From NCBI GenBank assembly GCA_905178155.1, contig CAJINV010000017.1, positions 1,472,269 through 1,536,268 of the forward strand: a stretch of 64,000 nt of DNA, in the 5' to 3' direction. Below are positions 11,965 through 24,244 of the stretch, piece by piece. The notes beneath the pieces were generated by a model. It saw only the letters and a list, made by a program, of their open reading frames with translations. It had not been told where the DNA came from and searched no databases. Both the position numbers and the translations under genes were made by a program. Position 1 is the stretch's first letter; each line of letters begins with the position of its first letter. Origin of the DNA: Amoebophrya sp. A120. Taxonomy: Eukaryota > Protista > Dinoflagellata.

Positions 11965-14900
11965 ATGGCTAGTATGCGGTGCGATCTTTTTCCGGAGGCG
12001 ACCGATTCCATTCCGGACGCTTTCCGGCAGAAAACTGGGTGTGGTCGGCGTCACCGGGTACGGAACGTGCCGGTTCTTGGCGAGGCAGGAGGTAATTGTG
12101 TTGAACGGAATGAAATTCATGCAGTTCACCTTCCGAATGAGGAGGTAGAGGGTAGTTCCTCGAAAATAAACCATCATCAAGAGGATCATCATGTGACGAC
12201 CTACATCACCCACGTCGGAATTCACACGCTGAACCACAAGCAGAATCGTGCTGAGCCCCCGCGACATAATCATGAATCGCAAAGAGCCGACGACGAGGAA
12301 GATATAAAAAGCACTAACTTCTACCACGCGGAGCATCGGTACCATGTCCGAAACCTGTCCGGGACTTCTGTCTCCGAAACGAAGCAGACCGTCCAGCAGC
12401 TGCACCGGATTTACAAGATCAAGGGCACGACCGCGAACACGCACGCGGTCTCGCTTATCCTGAGTAAAAACGTACCCACCCCAGAGTTGTAATGCAGATT
12501 TGCAATGACAAAGACATTTGCGATGCGCATCCCCATGAGAGCCATTTCCAATCGTGTTTTGGAATTTGTGATGCTGTGAACAGGATCAGCAGGTCGATTT
12601 GTGATGCGGCTTTCCCTGCTAACTTGCACTACCTTACGGACTGAAACTTGTCATGCGTGACTCCCAAAGCTCCTAGGTTTATGTTGCAAAATCCCCATCT
12701 TGACTCTGGTGTGGGTACGTTTTTACTCAGGATATCGCTAGGTGGAGAAGGTTTTGTTCGAAGTTCTTGTGGAGGAGCATCTTCTAGCTCGTCTTCTTCA
12801 TCTTCTACATCGAAAATTACCGGTCCTCGCTCCAACAACAACATGTCTCCTGTTGCGCCGCCATGCAGTCTCAGTCGCGCTTTGGAAGAACCATGTTCGC
12901 AAAAATCAGGTTCAGCTAAAGAAAAAGATCAGGATGATGTTCTTGTTCATTCATCACCACAACATGCTGGTCAGTTGTACCCAGGAGTCGATATTGGCTA
13001 CCATGAAAAATTGCGTCGCTCGCCGAGCAAGGAGACAGGAGCGCCTACTGCATTAGGCGGATCCCTGCAACTGCCGTTACGGGAACGAAAAATATTGCCC
13101 GGTGTCGTCGACATGCCGCACGTATCACGGCATGCAACTGATGTTGACCGTACAACAAGTGACACCGTAGATGATGAGCAGTTTACTTCATCAGGCGGAG
13201 GTGCAGGCCATTTTCATCAACCGCGAATGGTCAACAACATCAGCCGTGAGCGCTCCACCGGACCAGCATCTCCTTCCTGTTTCGATGAGGATTTTCTGCG
13301 ACTGGACGACTTTTCCGACGAAGAAGAGTCCGCGTCTTCTTGCTCTACTACAGTGACACTCAACACGAGCTGTAGTCGCGAAATATTCACACCTGCTGGG
13401 ACGAGGACAACTGGAACGACCAGCTGCCTGGGAGATGATGGAACGAGCACGACAAATAACAATCCCTATTTTTGCCACGATTTCGACGTTGCTTTTCCGG
13501 ACTCGTCGGATTTCCCTGTTTCGTCTGACGAGGCAGACACGGACGAAACAAACAGAACGGCCGCTCCGGGCGCGAACGATCGCAGATCTTCCGTGTTGAA
13601 AAGAAGAAGGCCGAACAAACTGCGAAATTATATGCAGAAAAACAGCTGCAAAGTGCAGCAGGTAGCTCTCAGCTATTCGCCGTCATCTTCCGAGTGGTCT
13701 ACGATGTCTCCAAAGAAAGAAGTAGACGAAAAGCAGCTGCTACCGCGAGCCCTGACTGAAGCCACGGACTCGACAAGGTGCAGTAGCAAAATAGAAGGGG
13801 AGATAGATGCGTTGATTCGGGAATACGAGGACAGTGAAGGCATCGATTTTGACCGTAGATATCTGGTGGAAGAAGAAGCAGCGCGAGCAGGACGAGGAGC
13901 ACGACCCCGGCCGGTGTCTGATGATGGGACGAGAACTTCTGCAGTAGTTCCAGCGTGTGCAGCTACAGCAAATACCACCAGCACAACGAGACCCTGTAGA
14001 AGTCCTCCTCCACCTACCGCGACTACATCGAGAAGTTGTAGTACGAACACGTCTTCAACAAGAATAAACAAGCTTGTCACCCCAAGAAGCCGCACGCAAG
14101 TGGAGCCCTTCCACGACCTCCGCTGTGAACTGGTTCTCTGCTTCATCCAGTTTTCGAATTTCATCTTCATGCAGGCTTTGAAAATGAGCGACGAGGTGAT
14201 CAGCAGCATCTACCCATTGTTTTTGGCCGTGTCGCAAAACTTGATGAAGTTGGTGATCTTTCCGGACTTTTTACTTCCCTTGGGAAAGTGCAAGAGGGAA
14301 ATGGTGGAGATAAAAAGGCCACAATCTTCTTCAACAGCAAGAAGAAGGTCTGGCGGTTCATCTCTACAACCTCCACACGAAAAGATGAGCAGCAGCAGCA
14401 GCAGGAGCGAGGGTGCTGATTTCGACAAGGGGCCTCTTCTGGCGGAATGGATTACGCCCAGAAGCAAGGAAGTGCGAGTGCCGTCGAGGAAAGGTCCAGC
14501 CTCATCGTCTTCTCCTTGTGCAGCTTTGTTTTCGGCCGAGAAAGGTTCTGCTGGCAGCACTACATCTACACCCGTACAACATCATGTTAGCAACCCTGAT
14601 GAAATAGAACAACAACTACAACTACACCATGAAAAAATAAACAACGATGAACTGGTTTTCCTGTACCTGCACGGTGGATCGTACTTGCTGATGCATCCGG
14701 CGATGAATCGTTTTTTCACGCACAAGCTCGCGGTAAACATGAACGCCAAGGTGTTTGCGCCGTACTACCGGAAGCCGTTCGACAATTTCTTTCACCGGGT
14801 TTTCTGCGTCGAAGCGATCTTGCATTTTTTCCACTACTTCTACGTAACGATCGCGGCCGTGTTTCTGGTCACCTGGGAGGTGTTTGTGTGCAGCGAGGAA

Positions 14901-16508
14901 ACTTTGGCGACGCGGGTGCGCAAAATAAATGTTGGCGGTGCAGGAGGGAGAAATGATACAACGACGGTGGTATCGTTTTTTGAAAGACGCGAAATTTAAT
15001 CGCTGGGGCTGGAGCTGGTGACGAGTTGCGGTTGCGTTTCTTGCAGAATTTGCCGGGAAAAAGTATAGAATTTGACTTAATTGTTTTTTGAACTTTAAAT
15101 TTGCACGAAGAAAACGAATGAATCACGACGGTATGACGGCGAAGCCTCCGCCTTTTGCAGCCGTCATGCACAGATGCATTTTTTAATGCATGTTATTGTC
15201 CCTATTCGCGAGCACCACATCCTGCAATGATTTATAATGATCACGATGCATTCATGAATGGAGTCCAGTACTTAAGAAATCATCGAGCGCCATGTAATGC
15301 TTTGATTTTGACAGATTGAAAAAAAAAAATAAAAGTATCAAGATTGAAAAATCGAAATCCAGATCTGACCGTCAAAGACAGCCTGGACGATGTGATTCTG
15401 TCCTACACGCACTTGTTGAATAACTTTCACATCCATCCCCAGAACATCATCCTGATCGGGGAATCCGCAGGCGGCGGCTTAGCGTTTTCCGCATTGACGC
15501 AGATCCAGAAACTAAACCTGCCGCTCCCCAAGGGAGCCGTTTTGCTTTCCCCCTGGGTAAGTTTGGATCCCTTGAGCAACGAGTCCAAGGTGTACAAAAG
15601 TTGCACGACGAGGAACCTTATCAAATGCAAACATGTCTGGGTCTTGGAGATTCCGACATTCGTCATGCTAGTCTTGCATGACTCTGAACTCTGTATTGCG
15701 TGGCCGCGAAGAGCTTCCACTCCCTGTCATGCAAAAACGCAGTTTCTCATGCGGAATACGCAACTCAGCACCATGAAAAAAACTTGTCATGCTTGGCAGC
15801 GCATCACAGGAAGCTCACTATTCCCTTCCTTGCATCACAAGTTTCCAGACCCAGACACTTTTGCAATGCATAAACCTCTCCGTCGGAACGGTGCAGCGCG
15901 ACATCATCCAGGAACACGCGGTCACTGCTACCGGGAAGTTGGTCAAAATGTCGAACGCGTTGGCTGGGGCGGGAGGTGGAAGTCGTGTAACTTGTCCCTC
16001 TGCGGGGCGGGCCTCGGGCGAGGATTCTCGGATTCAATGTGAGGACGTCGACACGTCGAAGATCGCAAGTGCCTGGTACGTCGACCCGCTCACCGAGGCG
16101 CACACCACGACACTGGATCTACCCATCTTCGTATCCCTAGCCGGGAATGAAATTCTCCGCGACGACGCGATCGACTTTGTGTACAAGCTGCGGGAGCGGG
16201 AGAGGGAAAGGCAGTCAACATCGGCGGAAGACGAGCGTGGGGTTTTGGGAACAACTGAGAAGGATTTGAGAGTGAAGGAATTCCAGGGTCGCAGCGGGGG
16301 AAACAAAAACTACAACTGTGGTAGTGGTTGTACTTCTAGCGCCAGCACTTTTGGAAGAAGTAAAATCGGACTAGAAATTTTCGACGGTTTGTTTCACGCG
16401 TTTCAGGTCTGGCTCATGCTCGTCGACCATCCCTCCGCGCAACTGTGCCTCCGGCGGGGCGTGGATTTCATTCACCAGAAAAGCGGACAAGAACGCCGGC
16501 GGGGGTAA
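11965..16508 (+). CDS. Hormone-sensitive-lipase-family alpha/beta hydrolase with a long disordered N-terminus (spliced)
   Basis: YLHGGSY, GESAGG, GNEILRDD and DGLFHAF motifs. Frames join after removing the introners at 12456-12734 and 15619-15872. One further intron (~14800-15360) has boundaries I could not resolve. Confidence 0.8.
12456..12734. mobile_element. Introner family A (279 bp), opposite orientation to the other A copies
   Basis: TIR TATCCTGAGTAAAAACGTACCCAC; TSD TCGCT at 12451-55 and 12735-39. Removal gives HAVS-LGGEG in frame. Confidence 0.95.
15619..15872. mobile_element. Introner family B (254 bp)
   Basis: TIR TATCAAATGCAAACATGTCTGGGTC / GACCCAGACACTTTTGCAATGCATA; TSD AACCT. 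Removal gives TRNL-SVGTVQRD. Confidence 0.92.
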
Positions 16509-18785
16509 GGAAGCGGGAGGTGGGGTTGCAGGAATGAATTTCTCTTTACTAGTACATCGGCAATCACTCATTTTGACGAAAGGGGAAATGAACATGAAAG
16601 TAGAATAAACACAAAGTGAAGTACAAACAGGCCAAAGTAGCGGACTACTCCGGCGATCAGAACACATTAGAGATGAATTACGCTAAGCTAAAATCATCTT
16701 GAAAACGAACACAATTATACTAGCGTGAGGAATGGAAAATTCGAATCGCCTCTACAACTCGCACGCCCTCCTGGACCCACATTGAAATCCTAGGTATTTT
16801 CTCAACTGCAAGCCGGGGTATTACGAATCCCAAGAACTACGCCTCCCTCTCTACTATTACGGATCACAAAAGCGCCTCTAGAAGAAGGGACGCCACGGCC
16901 TCTCAGTTCAGCCAGCTGGTGTTGGGCTTGGACCTTTTCATCACCAGATGCAGACCTTCTACTTCTGAGCGCTATGAATTACTGACAATTTAGCTATGTG
17001 TACGTTAATGTTGCGCTGTCTTGTTCTGTCTACCTTTCAGTTCGCAATAGCGAAGCAAACTTTTTCAACAATAGGAACAAATGTGCATACGATAATCCTG
17101 TTGGTTGTCATTGTCAATAAAGGTGTCAAATGCCAGTGTACCGAGGAATACAAATTTCATGTCGATTGGGCTTATGGAAATGTTGTAGCTAGCTGACAAG
17201 TAACAAGTATCGCTGAGGACGGGGAAGAAATCAGACCCAAAAAGACAACATGTTGAAATTTTGTTTATACACACCACTAGATGAGCTGCCGCCCGCGCAT
17301 CGGTTCTACTACGACAAGGCCACAATCCATAATTACAGTATAGCAGTCGTTGTCTCTGTTCACTATCCTACTTTGCAGATGAGTGGTCTTCAAAGTAAGT
17401 GGTCTTGCAGCAAGTACGTGTGTTATGTCCTGTATTGACCTTTACAAATTGCAGCCCAGACAATGTCTCCATCACTGGGCTGCTAGTTGCGCCTGCTCTG
17501 TACCAGCAGACAGGCATTATTTTCGCGTGTGTGGCGTTACCAACATTTCTGTTATGACAATACCGCCCCACGGGATCTTCGTGCTCTGTCTCCACAAAAT
17601 TTACACTATGACCAATTTTTGAACCCTTTGACGATACAACCTGAGCTCCTTCTGCTCGTTCCCCGTGTTAAATAGGCCCTAGACGCATTCAAGAACTCCT
17701 GACGCCTTCATCATTACTATACAACTGGTCTGAATAGTTAAAGGGATCCTCACAACAGTTTATTTTTCCCAGCACAGTTTGTTTTTCCGAGCGCGAAGAT
17801 GAACGAAGAGCTTTTTACCACCCAGCCCGCCGGAATTCACCCACTAGCCAGCACACGGTCTTGGACCACTGCGCCTAGAAAAATTGAACAGCTCAATTTT
17901 GAGCAAGGCGCACACCTCCACCCCTCCAGCGGCCTACTTGTCAGCAACATTTACGCCTTGACGCAGGATCAAAACGTTTTTAGAGATTGATCAACTTAAC
18001 TTTTCGTTTTCGCCCTGACCCCATCCCCGGGGGCATGAAATATGGAAAGCTTCTACTTTATTCGCAGGCCTTATTTGATGTTTCTCTGTTTTTTTACTAT
18101 GGTGCGCAGCATGGAGCAGCGCGGAGCTGTAAACGACCGTACTTGTCATCCCCGCGGCGGAACGACCCTTGCATTGAAAGTAAGGATGTCGGGGTCATCA
18201 AGGACGAAATACCCGAAAGTGCCAAGAGATGATATCATGCTGCTGCCAGAAATAAAAAGTTGGAGACGTTTGTTGATGTGACGGTTAATGTGTAGAGTAA
18301 ATTGAGTTTGAAATGTGAATCGTTAATGGACGACGATGTTGACCCTCCCTTGTTTACCCAGTTCCTGGTTCTGCGCTTGGGCTGGTGCAGGGGAATGCAG
18401 AGTGAGAAGGACTGGCTTGTTCGCAGAAGCTCCTGGAGCAAGTGTTCACCCTGCGAGCAAGGCCGCCGGGAACAGCTCTACCACATTTTTTTTGGTCTCC
18501 GTGAGAGAAGGAAGAGGAAATCTATCATCTCCAATGTTGTGAGAGCGCCATGAATTAGATAATGGAAGCGAAATTAGATCGGTCAAAAGTTATTTCCTAA
18601 GTCTGAAGCGCAAATTGGTAGTGGAAGACCATCGGTTCCGGTTGTGTTTGTTCGTGATTAGTCTTTGGGAGTTTTTTTCCATTGTTGACGATCATAACAC
18701 CGGCGCCCTGCATGAAGTTGCGGCATGCGAGTGAATCTTTTTGCAGCAGCCCCAATCCGAAAAAGTGCGCACTACAGCAAAGATA

Positions 18786-20645
18786 ATGTCACTATCGCTT
18801 GGAAATAACCTGCATCCTCGCGCCAAAGTGGACGTGTGGTTTGCGTCCTTGAGAAAGCATCTTTTTGTGGCCGTCGCCCTTCTCTTCGGGAGCGGAATTG
18901 TGGCTTTTCTCGTGGTCAGTTTACTGCAAGCCTTCGACCAACCGAGGCATGCAGTGCCGATACTGGGATTTGAGAGGAAGAGCGGGAATCATGTGCCGCT
19001 GCGAGAGTCTGTTTACACAACAACAACTCAGGTGGGCGGAAGTGGTACAACAGCCACATCCCCTTCTGCAGAAGCTCCCCCGGGCGTGGTACCATTACAA
19101 CCGTCCAGTGTGGCTACAACCGCGTCACAAGATATGACCGCAATTCCAGGAAACAACGCAGCTTTGGTCAAAGGATCGAGCGGTGCAACTTCTAGCATGA
19201 CACAGAACTCCGTTGCAAGAACTTCTTCAACTGCATCCACGGACAGGACGGTTCAGACGACCAAAACTGAGTCCGCCACGGTTGCGACAGCGGGTTTGCA
19301 GGTAACGCCCTGGTTCGCGGAAAAATCAAAGACCATGTCTGGAGGTTTGCCTAACACTTCCAGCGCAGGCACAGCAGTTAGTAGTGGTGCAACTGCTACG
19401 TCGTCGGGTAGTACAGCCGCGCCCCCTGCTGTTCTAGGTAGCTCATCGTCATCGTCTTCTGTACTAACCTCCCCCGCGACCTCCGTCCAAAGCGCAAATA
19501 CACAGCCTGGAGGTGCGGGCGTTCCCCTGCTCAGCTCGCAGAACAGCCGACAGAAGGAGTCTGCGCTCGACCCTACCCACGACGCGAGGGAGAACGCATT
19601 CGAGCGGATTTACAAACACAACCTCTGGTCGCCGGAGGGGAGCGGCAGCGGCCCGGGGAGCCGCGTGGACGCCACGGTGGGGCTCCGGGAGCATTTGCAC
19701 AGTGTGATAAAGTCGCGAAACATCAACATCATGCTGGACATTCCCTGCGGCGCGATGGAGTGGACGGTCGTGTTTCTGAACGAAGTTTGGGCCTACAACA
19801 AGGATTTCCAGTACATCGGCGTCGACATCGCCCAAACGCCATTGGTCCGGGCGAAGGCGAGATTTTCCGCGGAGAAGAACGAGAAGAACCTCCAGCTCAT
19901 GCAGGCGGATTTGTCCCTGCGCTCGCCCGCAAACGCGGGAATTTTGGAGAAGATCAACGCCGCCTTGACCACTGCGGAGGGACGGATCAAGGGCAAAGAA
20001 ACCAACGCGGTCGCCTTGACGAGAGACGCGCTGCAGCATTTGTCGCTGAAGTCCGCGTGCCAGTTCGTGATGAACATTCGGGACGCGACGGTGGGGAAAA
20101 ATCACCAACTAGACACCTGGCTGATTGGCCACTACCCAAGGGGAGGGAATACGCAGGTAGACTGTAATGTTGTGGGATCGACGAGATGAGCCAGACGAGC
20201 ATCAGCATGCTACATAGTTTGTGATGCAGTAAAATGTAGTCGTGACTCGTGAGATTGTATCAAAAGCAATGACGAGATGACATAAACTCAAACAATTTAT
20301 CGCCTCACTCAGGGCGCCATAGATGGCGGACTGATCGACAATAACATGGCTTCGTGGCCGTACAAGCTCGGGCAACCAAAGGCCGTGTTGCAGGAACGAG
20401 GCTACCTCCCTCGGGGTGCGCCGACAAAAAATCTCGCGGTGTTTCGACCCTGGGAAGACTGGAAGGCGGCCGATTTCAACTCCTGCGTGTCGTTTTTGCG
20501 AAAATTGTTTGGGAGGAGTGCAGATGTTGGGGAGTTACATGACGTAGGAAGAAGTGTCGTGAAAGAGGTTGAAGGTCATGCGCGAAAAAACACGCCGGTA
20601 GTGCCAGCACTTGCAGCTGCTATTGTGCCACCTCCACCACAATAG
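18786..20645 (+). CDS. Membrane-anchored class I SAM methyltransferase (2 exons; GT-AG intron 20157-20312)
   Basis: N-terminal TM segment, S/T-rich stem, then FERIYKHNLW..GSGPGS, MLDIPCG, YIGVDIA and DALQHL. Exon 2 is in frame. Confidence 0.8.
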
Positions 20646-21139
20646 GCACCACAAGACAGAGTAGCAGACGCGGTTATGCTAGTTTGAACGCGAGGACTTT
20701 TTTTACGTTTAAAATTGAACTTACCGCTTTGCCCTTGCTGAAGAGCGCAGGGCGCTTACCGGAAGTGTTTCGTCAACTACTGGTCTTAGTGTTCATTCTT
20801 GGTCCGTGAGTCTTGGTAGATGCACACGGTGGCGGCCAGGACTTTTTCCATGAAAAACGCGAGTGGAGTTGATCGGTCTTCAGGAATGTGTCGCGCATTT
20901 TGCGCATTGTTTTTCTGCCACAGGCTGCGCCGACCCGGGTCGGTTTCGTGATTGAGGCGCGCGAGCAGGTGCTGGCGCGCGGATTCCATGCGCCGCCTCT
21001 TTCTTGCGTGACTATCTTGAAACTTTAGTGCCTTTCCTGTTGATTCGTGAAGCAAGACTGGTTTCTGTAGAATACAGGGAGACGCCGCTTCCTCCGCACG
21101 AAAGGTCGAAAGCACTAACAAGTCAGCCGTACCGTCAAG

Positions 21140-24100
21140 ATGGAAAAAGCCATAGTGAATCGGTGGAACGACTTCGACCCCCTCGAGGAGGTCATATTGG
21201 GAATCGCGGATGACGCCTGCTTCCCGCCGATGGAGCCCGCTTGCCAGTCCGAATTTAACGACCAATACACGAAATACGGTACAAGCACATGCTGCCTTTG
21301 TTTGTCATGTGGAAAGAACCCGATGAATTTGTATCCGGAAGAACTGGACCGCAATCGATTTTTTTTTCGAGTGCCTCTGCAAGCACAAAAAATGTGATAA
21401 ATTGCCTTGCAGCTCACCACGCAGGAGCAGTGACTAACATAGTGAAGATGAAAATCACAAAGAATGAAGGTTCTTTCATGAAATGTTACCAGGTGCCAAG
21501 ATGAGCCACCCCTTCTCGGAGTATTTGCCGTGGCCAACAGGACCCAAGCTCAAGCGCTTTATTGACGGCGCAAATAAGGAGCTTGAGGGTACAACTTCCG
21601 ATTCTGGTTTTTCGAAACAAGTGCGACAAGGGTATTCGCTACCGGTCAGAAATGCAACATCTTCTTTCATTTTCCGTATTCCATTTTGTCGCCTCACGCT
21701 TGCGAAGATGAAAAGTAAACTCGTGAGTTCGTTCATCTACCCAAAATAAAAGGCATGAAGGACGTCCTGGAAGGCGAGGGTGTGATTGTGAAGAGGCCAG
21801 ACCGCAAGTTGTGCAACTTCAATGTCCAGACAAAAACGCCAGACTTCGAGTCACCAAACCAGTACTGCGTCGTGTGCCCAAGAGACGTCGTGATGACCGT
21901 CGGTATAATTGTCGGCGTTGCAGGACAACTGTTGCTGTTCTTTCTGATGGGTTGTTCGTGCATGACACTGTACTGCTGAGGTTTGCATGATGGAAAGATA
22001 ATTTTTTATCTACACGTATATAGTAATTGCTGCTGGTGCAGCACTTCATCTTTCAAGCTCACTAAATACATTTTTTTCCACAGGTAACGAGATCGTGGAG
22101 GCCACGATGTGCAAGAGAAGTCGATTTTTTGAGTACCGACCCTTCCGAACGTTGATCCGGGAATATTTCGACGCCGACCCCCGGATGATCTGGACCGCGG
22201 CACCAAAACCCATGATGGGACCGGACTCCTACAACACAGACTTCTGGAACTGGACAGTCGAGGAAAGGATTGAGAGGATGCACAAATACGAATACTGCCT
22301 GTCGGAGAAGGAAGTATGAGAATGAGTTTTTTGTTTGCAGCTTGCCATGTAGTGCAAATCGCCGCACTACAAATCATCATATTGCGTCGCAGCTTTCGCA
22401 AAACAAAAGCAAAACCGCCTCATCTCACTTCTATCGTGTCAATGTCCCAACATCGAAACTTCTCAGATAATGTTCGACGCTGCGGACTGCCTCCTAATTG
22501 GAAACATGATGTTCGTGCAACAGTCTATGGTCACCAATCTCGCCGGAATCCGATGGTTGAAGAGGCATTTCGCGCCAAAGGGAATTCAGGTATAGAACTT
22601 TTACAGGGGTGGGCCCTCTGATGATTTTGTGCTTTTTTCGTCCTCTTGGAGTGCACAGAGCTCGTGTAAAAGCGCTCCTTACTGATGTTACTTGACATGA
22701 GCAAATTACGAGCAAGATTTGGAATACTCAATACTAAGGTCCACACCCTGCACTTTCCCTATGACCTCTACCCATCACACACCGACTGCACCTTCGTCGC
22801 CGTGAACGGGCACACTGTGTTGACAAATCCGGACAGGCTATCCAAGGAAAAACTGTGTTAGAGTAGGTGCTTGGAGTGACAGCATGACAACTTTGTTTTG
22901 CATGACAGAGAAAGCCTGTCGCGCACACCTGGAGGGCGCAAGCCTCGTACCATACCATACCATGCACAGCTGGCACCTGAAAACGCATATGAAAGACGAT
23001 TTCATGGCTGAATAGCATGACAAATGTAAGTGTATTGCATTATCTGCATCACGGACTTACAGTTGCGCACTTTTTTTCTCGCATACAAGCCGGTGGTGGA
23101 AGAGGAAGTGAAAATCTTCAAGCAGAATGACTGGAGGCTGGTACTAGACGAGATGGTTTGAAATTTCTAATGCGTCACACGAATGCAAAAGAAATTTGTA
23201 TTGCGTCACACGAAATGTACGATATTTATGTTTATCAGGTCGATGTGCCCTACTACACGACCGACAAGGAGCACCCGCCCATGTGCCAGTCTTCCAGGTG
23301 GCTCTCTATTTATCCTGCGTAAAAACGTCCCCAAGCCCAACCCAGAGTCAAAATGGGAATTTTGGTTGTCGCGCAGGATTTGCTTCTAGACAGAGCAACA
23401 GATTTTGGTCCTCGCGCATGACAGGTGTGGAATCGTCGTCTACTTAGTCGTATCTGACTAGTGCTGTAGCCTCACGAGAAATTGATGAAATGGGTCAGCT
23501 TATCCTGATGTATGAGATGGAGAGGATGACAAAGTCCCAGACAGCATTAGAAAATGCGTCTCATGGGGCTGCGGATGACACACATGCAAAGTATGCAGAT
23601 CTGCATGAGAGCTCTGCGGTAGGGACGTTTACGTTTTTCCACACGATACTGCGAACCTGTTCTCCATCACGCCAAACAAAATCGTCTGCGAGGAGGGTTT
23701 ATGGATTGCAAAACGATCGCGCTAGAAGTGGGAATCGCATCACAATATCTTTTGCCAGATTCAACAAGAGAACAAACGGCGTTTGTCATGCAGAATCAGG
23801 TACATACAAAATCAAAACAAATGTTATGCAGGGTTGCAATTAGTACGAGCGCGATGGTTTTGCACAGGATACGGCGAGAAGCCGCTGATCAACTATTTGG
23901 AGGGTGAGCTCGGTTTTGACGTCATTGGCGTGCCGTACAGACAGGTAGAAAAGTCATTTTTCATGCATCACAAAAATACGTATCGTACTTCACAAGTGGG
24001 ATGAAAGTTGGGTTTGTATTCATGCTGATTGAGGTGGAGGATGAAAAAATCTGTCGTTCTTGCAAGACAGCTGCGCATCAAAACTAGGTAATTATCCGCA

Positions 24101-24244
24101 AAAAAAAAAAAGGTCTTCGAGTTCGGTGGTTCCCTGCATTGCTCCACCTGGGATGTCCGCAGAACGGGCGGCTGTAAGGATTTTTTCCCGAACCGCGAGG
24201 ATATTGAGGACGTGGGCTTGCACAACCTCACGGACCTGCCGTAA
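21140..24244 (+). CDS. Amidinotransferase (glycine amidinotransferase-like), multi-exon
   Basis: VNRWNDFDPLEEVILG, CPRD, FDAAD, HTDCTF, NPDRP, WLSMN and GGSLHCSTWDVRR motifs. It contains seven GT-AG introns plus three introners. Confidence 0.92.
22839..23085. mobile_element. Degenerate introner (247 bp)
   Basis: TAT...ATA ends with weak TIRs; TSD CAGGC/CAAGC; several GCATGACA motifs. Removal restores the conserved NPDRP. Confidence 0.8.
23311..23648. mobile_element. Introner related to family A (338 bp)
   Basis: Left end TATCCTGCGTAAAAACGTCCCC; right end GGGACGTTTACGTTTTTCCACACGATA; decayed TSD CTATT/CTGCG. Removing 23310-23652 restores WLSMNL. Confidence 0.88.
23700..23871. mobile_element. 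Introner family E (172 bp)
   Basis: TIR TATGGATTGCAAAACGATCGCGCT / AGCGCGATGGTTTTGCACAGGATA; decayed TSD GGGTT/CGGCG. Confidence 0.85.

Noticed and set aside
14970-15335. Candidate GT-AG intron or degenerate introner in the lipase gene
   Set aside because: These boundaries lead to a stop (TAT CAA GAT TGA), so the true junction is unresolved.
16982-17200. CTGACAA direct repeat with inner TAGCTA suggesting an insertion
   Set aside because: It is too short to distinguish from chance and has no extended TIR.
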